Positions 1 through 6,392 are shown, counted from the first letter of the stretch. The stretch: DNA of 17,965 nt from an uncultured Rhodospirillaceae bacterium (GCA_964530225.1 CAZHBA010000037.1:1-17965), one strand, 5' to 3'. Made by a program: numbers and translations. Notes: generated by a model from the sequence alone, not told the origin.

Positions 1-23
1 TTCGAATCCCTCCCGCCCTGCCA
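1..23 (+). tRNA. 3' end of a tRNA gene truncated by the window edge (T-loop TTCGAAT, acceptor 3' strand, discriminator G, CCA)
   Basis: Sequence ttcgaatccctcccgccctgcca shows the canonical T-loop, a 5-nt T-stem strand, a 7-nt acceptor strand and encoded CCA. The G discriminator and T-arm nearly match the downstream tRNA-Ser, so this is probably another class II tRNA (Ser). Identity is not determinable from 23 nt. Confidence 0.55.
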
Positions 24-51
24 ATCAAGTTTAATAAACCAACCCCGAACC

Positions 52-139
<88 letters not shown>

Positions 140-146
140 TACTGTA

Positions 147-166
147 GTCCACTGATGTTCGTGGAC
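147..166 (+). terminator. Hairpin GTCCAC-tgatgttc-GTGGAC directly downstream of tRNA-Ser; possible tRNA transcript terminator or processing structure
   Basis: Perfect 6-bp inverted repeat with an 8-nt loop, 8 nt after the tRNA CCA, followed by an AT-rich tract (atccattaatatcatataaac). No clean U-run, so this is weak. Confidence 0.25.
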
Positions 167-213
167 ATCCATTAATATCATATAAACAATCGATTAGACT
201 TTCCTTTTTCTTT

Positions 214-264
214 GGGTGGTTCAGCAGTTACAATTTCCGATAGACTTAGAGAGTTAAAAACGAT
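214..264. repeat. Left copy of a 51-bp inverted repeat (50/51 identical to the reverse complement of 2137-2187)
   Basis: gggtggttcagcagttacaattTccgatagacttagagagttaaaaacgat, versus the reverse complement of 2137-2187 gggtggttcagcagttacaattGccgatagacttagagagttaaaaacgat. It encodes [16 protein letters not shown] on the plus strand, a duplicate of the linker and first half of the SHOCT domain of the 2067..3083 gene. It overlaps the last 3 codons and stop of the 254..1078 gene. Confidence 0.9.
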
Positions 265-1078
265 TGAATCCGGCAGTCGTCAGACGATAGACTGCAACGG
301 CGACTATAATACCTCCAATCCATTCACCTCCCCCGCGGCAGGGCGTGCATGCTCCGCCAATGATTACCCATGCGAACAAGAAACCGACAAAGGTCAGAAG
401 TATTCGTGAAATTTTTTGCCCAACGGTGAATGGTTTGGCTAACTCCGCTGTTCGCCAAGCAGCGCGAAGCCTATCATGTGCAGCCGCTGTTCGCCTATCA
501 CGTTCAACATTAACATGCTCTATATAGGCACTGTCGTCGTAGCTCTCATGGTAAAAACGACGGCATGCCAGCTGAATTTCTTCTTCGGATTCATTAGGTA
601 AATCATAACGCCCCTCCCCACCAAAATACCTGATCTGAATGCTCTCAGCATCACAAATCTTTTTGAAGTCCTCGACTTCAATAAATGAAACCGCTGTACC
701 TTTTTTCCAATAAACTTGTGAACTGCCGTCGCCCTGGATACCGTGGTCGCTTTCCCCGCTTTCAGTCTTTATAGGACTTACGATTTCCTCGTCACAGCTA
801 AATGCAATATTATCCATGGTGACCACGTCCCAACTGGGATAACCGGAAGATGCGGACGCCTCAGAAATAAAATAAAAACCGAGAAGATCTTCATCTTCAT
901 CCTCATATCTTCTGATAGTCAGATGTACTTTGGCGGCGTGGGTTCCGTGACCGGAGTAATAAAACCCTAACTCATCCTTAGAATAAGTTAGGGTAGATTC
1001 TTCATAAGGATCGAAGACAACTTTTATAAATTTTTTCTCAGTAACAACATTATCTGAAATTGACTCTTTTTTGGCCAT
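254..1078 (-). CDS. Hypothetical acidic protein (274 aa): ~210-aa Asp/Glu-rich soluble domain followed by two predicted C-terminal TM helices. Fourth gene of the low-GC operon.
   Basis: Long ORF with a good SD (AGGTGAG, 9 nt before the ATG) and 14 bp after the upstream gene's stop. Hydrophobic stretches ILLTFVGFLFAWVIIGGA and WIGGIIVAVAVY sit at the C-terminus, preceded by an Arg-rich segment. I recognise no family. The 5' two-thirds is AT-rich and the 3' ~280 nt is GC-richer. Confidence 0.55.
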   Translation of the reverse strand: MAKKESISDNVVTEKKFIKVVFDPYEESTLTYSKDELGFYYSGHGTHAAKVHLTIRRYEDEDEDLLGFYFISEASASSGYPSWDVVTMDNIAFSCDEEIVSPIKTESGESDHGIQGDGSSQVYWKKGTAVSFIEVEDFKKICDAESIQIRYFGGEGRYDLPNESEEEIQLACRRFYHESYDDSAYIEHVNVERDRRTAAAHDRLRAAWRTAELAKPFTVGQKISRILLTFVGFLFAWVIIGGACTPCRGGGEWIGGIIVAVAVYRLTTAGFNRF

Positions 1079-1092
1079 GGAAACTAACTCAC

Positions 1093-1359
1093 CTATTTCG
1101 AGCTCTCAGAATTTTTAATAGCAGCAATTTCTCTGTCAACAATTTTAATTTTTTTGTTAAGCATATCGCTTGGCGCAAGACCGAACGATTTTTGAAGGAA
1201 CGATTTTTTTCCTTCTAAGCGAGCCAATTCTTGCTCAATTTCCCGTTTGTCAGCTTCTTTCTTTTGGGCGGCTTTTTGTGCGGCTGGATTAACCTGTGTA
1301 CTTTTACAATAAGGGCAAATGTGAGTGTCACAGGAGGCTCCGCAATTATTACATTTCAT
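1093..1359 (-). CDS. Small zinc-ribbon protein (88 aa): N-terminal CxxC-x9-CxxC ribbon plus a Lys/Glu-rich coiled-coil tail; YdjG-like partner of SPFH proteins
   Basis: MKCNNCGASCDTHICPYCKS gives four Cys in CxxC...CxxC arrangement, followed by a charged helical region (KKEADKREIEQELARLEGKK). It sits in the operon 37 bp after the membrane-protein gene. Confidence 0.6.
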   Translation of the reverse strand: MKCNNCGASCDTHICPYCKSTQVNPAAQKAAQKKEADKREIEQELARLEGKKSFLQKSFGLAPSDMLNKKIKIVDREIAAIKNSESSK

Positions 1360-1396
1360 GGCAGAACTTTTCGGAAAGACTGTTCAGAGATCGCGA

Positions 1397-2077
1397 CTAA
1401 CATGACTTTGCTAAATTGGTTAGTTCCACAATTTTATTTCTACACTCAATAATCTCAGTTGAGTTAGGCTCTAATTTTTCAATAGACAAAACGAGAAGCC
1501 TATAACCATCCAGGTTTTTTATGCTAGCTAAGTGCGGCACCGAGTACTGAATAATTTCCTTTAATTTCTTCAAGTCTTTATCTAGCTCTTTTTTTTCAGC
1601 GGATAAATTGTTTGAAATCACCTGTAACTTTTTGATCAAATCTTCTTTCGGCAACACATCGTCAGGCACATTTACTTCCGCAGCTTTGGAAGCAATAATT
1701 AACAAAACAAATAAAATTGCGAAGATGCAAAACGAAATTATTTGACCTATAAGATGCCAATTTGGCAAAATTTCAAAATTATAAAAGAACCAAGAACCTA
1801 CTAAAAAAGAGCCACTTATAAGAGAATATAAAAAAACCACAAAACCCATGGATGGAAGGGCACCGATTAACGTTGATTTTTTACCTTCTCGTGATTTATG
1901 GACCAGAAGTGTTGCAACTCCCCAATTTAGTGCCGCTAAAAAAACGATCCATCCCACACTAAGCCAAAAATTTAGGTTACCCAATTTATCTGGTCGAATG
2001 AGAGCAGCTACGGCGACAATACCTACGGCAGTTATTAAGAAAATACTTATTAATAATTTGTTCATTTTAGATTTCAT
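1397..2077 (-). CDS. Integral membrane protein (~226 aa; 4 predicted TM helices in the N-terminal 140 aa) with a C-terminal cytoplasmic coiled-coil domain
   Basis: The ORF track gives 1397..2092 with a GTG start. Internal ATGs at 2077 and 2065 overlap or abut the stop (2067-2069) of the upstream SPFH gene, consistent with translational coupling. Hydrophobic segments are LLISIFLITAVGIVAVAALI, LSVGWIVFLAALNWGVATLLV, LIGALPSMGFVVFLYSLISGSFLVGSWFF and IGQIISFCIFAILFVLLII. The C-terminus is KEDLIKKLQVISNNLSAEKKELDKDLKKLKEI. Confidence 0.6.
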   Translation of the reverse strand: MKSKMNKLLISIFLITAVGIVAVAALIRPDKLGNLNFWLSVGWIVFLAALNWGVATLLVHKSREGKKSTLIGALPSMGFVVFLYSLISGSFLVGSWFFYNFEILPNWHLIGQIISFCIFAILFVLLIIASKAAEVNVPDDVLPKEDLIKKLQVISNNLSAEKKELDKDLKKLKEIIQYSVPHLASIKNLDGYRLLVLSIEKLEPNSTEIIECRNKIVELTNLAKSC

Positions 2078-3083
2078 CAATAATTTTATCACGTGCGGTG
2101 TTGAATTCTTCTTCTGTAATTAGGTTTTCATCCAACATCGTTTTTAACTCTCTAAGTCTATCGGCAATTGTAACTGCTGAACCACCCTTTGCTTCCACAT
2201 TAAGGTTTTGTCCAAGTTGTTGTCCGATAGGCAATCCAGCTCCTAAACCGATGCCAGCTCCTAGCATCGCTCCAACGCCTGCACCATCACCAGGGTTCTC
2301 GGCTGCAGCATTCAGTACTTCAAAGGTCTTGATAGCCTGATAGGCCCCGCCAACTTCCACTTTCGATAACTCTCTCGCTTCCATTGCCTTAGAAAATACC
2401 TCTTGGATTTGCGCCATTTGATCGTCAGGTATGTTGATACTTTCAATATTAAAATTCACAACCTCCAAACCAAATCGATCAAATTCATCCGAAATAGAAG
2501 AATATGTTCGCTCAGATAATTCGTTTAAGGACCCCGCAATTTGTAATATAGAAATTTGATCGTTGGTAATCCCTTCAGATAAAACGGAAATTAATTTTTG
2601 GATTATTTCCCCAATAAAATAATTTTGAAGTTTTAAAGCGTCAGCACTGTTTTGGGACCCCACAATCTGGGTCAAGAATGACCTGGTGTCGGTTATTCGT
2701 GCGCCCCATTTGCCAAAAGACCTTACGCTGACGGGAAATCCTAAAGCTAGATCCATTATTGGAACCGGTGAAGGGGTCCCCCATTTTAAATCTCTCTTTA
2801 CGTTTTTATTTACGTACCAAATTTCTGCAGTAAAAGGGGTATCGCCTCCAAATGGTAGATTTAAAAGCCTGTTTAATAGAGGTATATTTCCTGTCTCTAG
2901 TGTGTGGGTTCCAGGGGGCAAAACGTCCAAGACCTCTCCGCCTTTGACAAAAACGGCGTCTTGAGCTTGATTAACTATTACTTGAGAACCCAACTTCAAT
3001 TCTTCCCCTGGAAATTTCCAGACGAATTCTTGGTCGTTAGGTTGGTCATATTTAACTCTGTCAACTATAGCCATCATAACCAC
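2067..3083 (-). CDS. SPFH/Band-7 superfamily protein of the Band_7_1 ('virion core protein-like', B. subtilis YdjI-like) type with a C-terminal SHOCT domain
   Basis: The N-terminal region (VWKFPGEELKLGSQVIVNQAQDAVFVKGGEVLDVLPPGTHTLETGNIPLLNRLLNLPFGGDTPFTAEIWYVNK) matches my recollection of the YdjI/Band_7_1 signature. A Gly-rich linker (GDGAGVGAMLGAGIGLGAGLPIG) follows, then a C-terminal SHOCT-like tail (TIADRLRELKTMLDENLITEEEFNTARDKIIDEI). The track start is GTG at 3083. ATGs at 3077 and 3074 are better placed relative to GGTGG and are the likely true start. Low GC. Confidence 0.8.
   Translation of the reverse strand: MVMMAIVDRVKYDQPNDQEFVWKFPGEELKLGSQVIVNQAQDAVFVKGGEVLDVLPPGTHTLETGNIPLLNRLLNLPFGGDTPFTAEIWYVNKNVKRDLKWGTPSPVPIMDLALGFPVSVRSFGKWGARITDTRSFLTQIVGSQNSADALKLQNYFIGEIIQKLISVLSEGITNDQISILQIAGSLNELSERTYSSISDEFDRFGLEVVNFNIESINIPDDQMAQIQEVFSKAMEARELSKVEVGGAYQAIKTFEVLNAAAENPGDGAGVGAMLGAGIGLGAGLPIGQQLGQNLNVEAKGGSAVTIADRLRELKTMLDENLITEEEFNTARDKIIDEI
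2137..2187. repeat. Right copy of the 51-bp inverted repeat (inside the 3' end of the SPFH-SHOCT gene)
   Basis: Reverse complement is identical to 214-264 except one base (G/T; Ala versus Ser codon). It covers codons GGSAVTIADRLRELKT of the 2067..3083 gene. Confidence 0.9.
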
Positions 3084-3124
3084 CGTTAAAAGTTTGCGTT
3101 AAAAGTGGGTTTCACACCGGGAAA

Positions 3125-3130
3125 AGTCAA
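3125..3130 (-). promoter_or_regulatory. Candidate -35 hexamer TTGACT for the low-GC operon; -10 not clearly assignable
   Basis: Minus strand reads ...AGAGTATACTCTacaagaaaagTTGACTtttcccggtgtgaaacccacTTTTAAcgcaaacttttaacGGTGGttATGATG. The -35 is a perfect consensus but the best -10-like hexamers are at non-ideal spacing. Confidence 0.3.
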
Positions 3131-3140
3131 CTTTTCTTGT

Positions 3141-3152
3141 AGAGTATACTCT
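3141..3152. promoter_or_regulatory. Perfect 12-bp palindrome AGAGTATACTCT upstream of the operon -35; candidate regulator-binding site
   Basis: Seen directly. It is self-complementary over 12 bp, centred ~16 bp upstream of the TTGACT hexamer, in the 277-bp intergenic region between cbtA and the SPFH gene. Confidence 0.4.
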
Positions 3153-3310
3153 GTAAAAGAGGCTGGGAATTGCAGCTTATTGCGCCCCCTCGGCCCAAGC
3201 TCAGCAATCGCCCTCGCCGATCTCAGCCGCCCGACCCGCCGTCGATCAATGCCGAGTTAGTTTGGGGGTAGATTTGTGGGTAGCAATTAAACGGTATTGT
3301 CAAAACCTGA

Positions 3311-3346
3311 GAAAACATGGGTTTTCGGCGGACCCTCTCTCCGCCA
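3311..3346 (-). terminator. Tandem hairpins downstream of cbtA (GGCGGA-ccctctc-TCCGCC, then GAAAAC-atgg-GTTTTC followed by T-rich ttctcaggtttt on the minus strand); candidate intrinsic terminator
   Basis: They lie 15-50 nt after the cbtA stop (3361) on the minus strand. The second hairpin runs into a U-rich tract. Confidence 0.35.
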
Positions 3347-3360
3347 GATTTGCTCCGCCC

Positions 3361-4107
3361 CTACGCCTTGCTCTCGCCGAGGCGCCGATAGATTTCGCCG
3401 GCGCTGGCGCCGAGTAACAGCCAGAAGAACAGTGCCGCCGCCAGCGTCCAGACGACATAGAGCGACGCCAGTTCGGGTGGTACTGGCCCCGGTTCGAGGC
3501 CGGCCGGGCGCGGCGCACCAATCAGATGGGGCAACAGGATCACGGGCACGCCAATGGCGCGCAGCCATAGGGGCTTGGCGAAGACCAATAGGCCGAGCCC
3601 GAGCGCGGTCGCGCCCATGGCACCAAACCACCAAAGCTGGCGGACCTGTATTTCTGCCGCACCGCCGCCGGGCACTTCCGGCGGCAACCCGAGCGACGGC
3701 GCAAGTGTGAAGATGACGTAGCCCGCCATGCCCCACCACAGCCCAACCCGCATATCGACGGGCTTAGCCCGGATGGCGAACGCTGCAACCATGACAAAGG
3801 CAAAGCCCACCGCGGTGACGATATTGGCGAGAAAGGTAAAGCCGTAGCGTTGGAGGCCGTCCAGCGGCTGCCACGGCGCTACCGGCTCTACGTCAGACAC
3901 CCCTGTGGCGGCGCTTTTCTCGTGGAGGTGGATCTGGCCGTCATCGTGTAGATGCTCGACAACACCGTAGCTGTGGCCGCCACCGACTTGCTCATAGGCT
4001 TCGGCTTCAAGGATCAGCGGCGTTACCGTGAACGCCTGCACTACGCTGTAAATCACGGCTGTTAAAAACCCGGCGAACAGGCCGGTCGTTACCATCCGGC
4101 GCAGCAT
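3361..4107 (-). CDS. cbtA: Cobalt transporter subunit CbtA (multi-TM, His-rich periplasmic segment)
   Basis: 248 aa with multiple TM helices and a His-rich segment GGGHSYGVVEHLHDDGQIHLHE typical of CbtA. It sits immediately after a CbtB-like small protein (11-nt gap). Confidence 0.78.
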   Translation of the reverse strand: MLRRMVTTGLFAGFLTAVIYSVVQAFTVTPLILEAEAYEQVGGGHSYGVVEHLHDDGQIHLHEKSAATGVSDVEPVAPWQPLDGLQRYGFTFLANIVTAVGFAFVMVAAFAIRAKPVDMRVGLWWGMAGYVIFTLAPSLGLPPEVPGGGAAEIQVRQLWWFGAMGATALGLGLLVFAKPLWLRAIGVPVILLPHLIGAPRPAGLEPGPVPPELASLYVVWTLAAALFFWLLLGASAGEIYRRLGESKA

Positions 4108-4118
4108 GGCGAGCTAAC

Positions 4119-4301
4119 CTAGTGGCAGGGGAAAACCAGGCTGTGGCGGGAATCATGCGTGCCGTTGTGCAACACGTCGGCGTTAGCGAACCCCGACACC
4201 CACACCAGCGACAGGCCGAAGAACGCCAACAATGCGGCCACGGCAATAGTCGAGGCGCGCGATGTGGTTTTTACTTGCGGTATTGCTTGCGCGGTCGCCA
4301 C
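4119..4301 (-). CDS. cbtB: Cobalt transporter subunit CbtB (60 aa from GTG; single TM, C-terminal His-rich ...HNGTHDSRHSLVFPCH)
   Basis: The C-terminal motif HD(S/T)RH...FPCH and one TM helix are characteristic of CbtB. The track ORF (4119..4379, TTG start, 86 aa) looks over-extended. The GTG at 4301 has a GAGGGG SD 6 nt upstream and gives the canonical ~60-aa length. Confidence 0.7.
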   Translation of the reverse strand: MATAQAIPQVKTTSRASTIAVAALLAFFGLSLVWVSGFANADVLHNGTHDSRHSLVFPCH

Positions 4302-4460
4302 TTCACACCCCTCGCCCTGAATCATCAGACTTGGATTTCCCATTGCGCCTATTTGGCCACGACGACGCGCCGTAAGCAAGGGCTAAGGCGAGTGCGACAG
4401 TTGATTTTCAAAAAATTGTTTGGCTGCGCAGTAATTCTTAATTGCAGAGGCGATCCGCAC

Positions 4461-4622
4461 CTATTTGCCTAATCTCTTGAAAATACCCTTAACCGCACCG
4501 CCGGCACCCATGATGGCGTCGCTTGCCCCTTTCGCAACGTCTCCGCCAGAGTCCTCAATCACCTTTTGGGCTGCTTTGCATCGGCAATTGCGTAGATAAT
4601 TTAAGAAGTTGTTGCCATTCAT
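4461..4622 (-). CDS. Doubtful small ORF (53 aa, MNGNNFLNYLRNCRCKAAQKVIEDSGG/DVAKGASDAIMGAGGAVKGIFKRLGK) in the long cbtB leader; a nested 5-codon ORF (MATTS) has the ideally spaced SD
   Basis: GGAGG at 4628..4624 is only 1 nt from this ATG but 5 nt from the ATG at 4618 that opens the 5-codon MATTS ORF. Codon usage is AT-rich and atypical for the host. The C-terminal half is Gly-rich and cationic. Confidence 0.2.
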   Translation of the reverse strand: MNGNNFLNYLRNCRCKAAQKVIEDSGGDVAKGASDAIMGAGGAVKGIFKRLGK

Positions 4623-4810
4623 ACCTCCAACTAAATCTGAACGCTGTCGACTATCTACTTCGCCATCGCTGATCGCGTCGGCATTACCGCCCACCGTTGC
4701 GCTGAGATTTCTGAGGAATTGATGGCTTATAGCCTGCTGCGGCGCCTGAACGGTGTCAAACAGGGTTCGTACCAGCCCGATACAAACGAAAAATTCGTAG
4801 ATCAGTCTGG

Positions 4811-5542
4811 TTACGCCGCAGCTGTAAACAAGGGTGACATGTCGGGAACCGGCGCCGGTGTCATCAGCTTGCTTTCCTGACTCACCACGAGCGGCTGGGT
4901 TTGATTGAGGAATTCCCGCCACCGCGGATCCATGGCAACCGCATTGTGGCGGCGTTGGCGGTCGTCCATGTCGTCGAAAAACCAAAAATGTGAAACTTGA
5001 TGCAAGCGGCCAATCAGATTGAAAAAGCAGCCGATCAGGTTGGGCTTCAAGGGTGAGATCGCCGCCAGGGCGAATTCCTCATAAGCCACCCAATATTTTG
5101 GCAATCCGCCGGGCGTCAGCGATATGGTTTGTTCCTCGATTAGAAGGTTCGGCAGGCGCGCCATATCGGCCAGCGGAGCATCGCCAGGCCGCCAGTCGCG
5201 GCCTTCGCCATACAGCGGCGAAATGGCGGCGATTGGCGCCGGCATGAGAAACTTGTTTTTCTGCTGCAGCATCAGCGGTCGCACTGACTCGAAATAGGGT
5301 TGTAACTCTGGCACCACATAGACATCGGCGTAACGGCGGCGCCAGTCCTCAAGATCGTCGAGGGAATAAATGTGGACCAATTGCTCGGCTGACCCACTGG
5401 TCGTCGCGAAGTAGCCGGTCAGGCATTCGCGCATGATCGGCGCCATAACGCCGTCGAAACCCCGCTCGACCTGCAGTTCATAGAAACGGGCCAGATTTCC
5501 CGGCTTCATCGTATAAGCGCGATATTCGATGACCATTACCAT
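4811..5542 (-). CDS. NIPSNAP family protein (two tandem NIPSNAP-like domains)
   Basis: N-terminus MVIEYRAYTMKPG matches the NIPSNAP start signature (MI.E.RTY.LKPG). Total length is 243 aa. A second ATG at 5536 is better spaced from the AGGGGAG SD. Confidence 0.72.
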   Translation of the reverse strand: MVMVIEYRAYTMKPGNLARFYELQVERGFDGVMAPIMRECLTGYFATTSGSAEQLVHIYSLDDLEDWRRRYADVYVVPELQPYFESVRPLMLQQKNKFLMPAPIAAISPLYGEGRDWRPGDAPLADMARLPNLLIEEQTISLTPGGLPKYWVAYEEFALAAISPLKPNLIGCFFNLIGRLHQVSHFWFFDDMDDRQRRHNAVAMDPRWREFLNQTQPLVVSQESKLMTPAPVPDMSPLFTAAA

Positions 5543-5601
5543 TCTCCCCTTTTTAGTCCCAAGGACTTGACCTAGTGTTGCCTTAACCGCACGGTGCGTC
5601 C

Positions 5602-6246
5602 ATGGTTCAAATCGATATCTATTCCGATCCGGTTTGCCCCTGGTGCTTTATCGGCAAGCGTCGGCTCGAACGTACCCTGGTGGCACGCGATGATATCGCC
5701 GCAACCCTTACCTGGCGCCCGTTTCAACTCAGTCCAGACATGCCGCCGGATGGTATGGACCGGGCCACCTACCTCAATTCCAAATTCGAGGACAAGGAAC
5801 GCACCGAGAAGTTCCACGATGCGATTGCCGAAGCCGGACAAAGCGAACGGATCGCCTTCGATTTTGACGCCATTCAGCATACTCCAAATACCCTCGACAG
5901 CCACCGCTTGATCCGTTTTGCTGGCGCCTACGGTTCCCAGGCCGATGTCGTTGAGGCACTTTTTTCCGCTCATTTTCTGGAGGGCGAGGACATCGGCGAT
6001 CACGGCGTCCTAACCCGGATTGCCCACGCCGTCGATCTCGATGGACACGCGGTAAAGACATATCTGGCGAGCAGCGCCGACAGGCCCGAAGTCGCGGCGG
6101 AAGATTTGCGGGCACGGCGATTGAGCATCGATGCGGTACCCTGTTTCATTATCGACGGCCAGTACGCGATCTCCGGCGCGCAGGAGCCAGAAGCGTTCTA
6201 TCCCCTGCTCGATCTAGCTAATTTCAGCCGGCAGGCAGCGGAGTAA
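5602..6246 (+). CDS. DsbA-family thiol:disulfide oxidoreductase (FrnE / 2-hydroxychromene-2-carboxylate isomerase-like), CPWC active site
   Basis: MVQIDIYSDPVCPWCFIGKRRLE shows the thioredoxin-fold CxxC motif in the usual N-terminal position of DSBA-like (FrnE) proteins. 214 aa, divergent from the NIPSNAP gene. Confidence 0.8.
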   Translation: MVQIDIYSDPVCPWCFIGKRRLERTLVARDDIAATLTWRPFQLSPDMPPDGMDRATYLNSKFEDKERTEKFHDAIAEAGQSERIAFDFDAIQHTPNTLDSHRLIRFAGAYGSQADVVEALFSAHFLEGEDIGDHGVLTRIAHAVDLDGHAVKTYLASSADRPEVAAEDLRARRLSIDAVPCFIIDGQYAISGAQEPEAFYPLLDLANFSRQAAE

Positions 6247-6392
6247 ATCATACCCTACAGGACGAAAGTTTTTGATCCCCTCCCCAACTCCCCTCCCTTG
6301 TGGGTATGAGGCGGTGGAACGCGCCGTGCAAGTGGTGCTAACAACCCTGTTACGCGGAGAACGTTAATGCGCTTACTTTTGATGCAAAGAGG

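Noticed and set aside
212-409. 65-aa plus-strand ORF beginning [17 protein letters not shown]
   Set aside because: It is the inverted-repeat copy plus read-through antisense to gene D's 3' end, not an independent gene in this orientation. It is relevant only as the alternative C-terminal tail after a hypothetical inversion.
3324-3346. Sequence ttcggcggaccctctctccgcca loosely resembling the tRNA-Ser 3' end (a possible attR direct repeat)
   Set aside because: Similarity is limited to the CCGCCA tail and a CCCTC block and needs gaps. The sequence forms a GGCGGA/TCCGCC hairpin that is better explained as the cbtA terminator.
3287-4107. Multiple overlapping ORFs in both orientations inside cbtA (3287..3739 -, 3297..3710 +, 3300..3521 -, 3540..3803 -, 4007..4246 -)
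   Set aside because: These are typical open alternative frames of GC-rich DNA. Only the 3361..4107 frame gives a recognisable CbtA-like membrane protein.
4302-4810. Cobalamin riboswitch upstream of cbtBA
   Set aside because: Expected from genomic context, but I could not find the conserved GCCACTG / B12-box elements by eye. It is left as an open check rather than a feature.
4461-4985. 174-aa ORF upstream of cbtB
   Set aside because: Its 5' 175 nt overlap the NIPSNAP gene on the same strand in another frame, and it has no domain signal. Only its 3' portion (the SD-preceded small ORF) was kept as a low-confidence feature.
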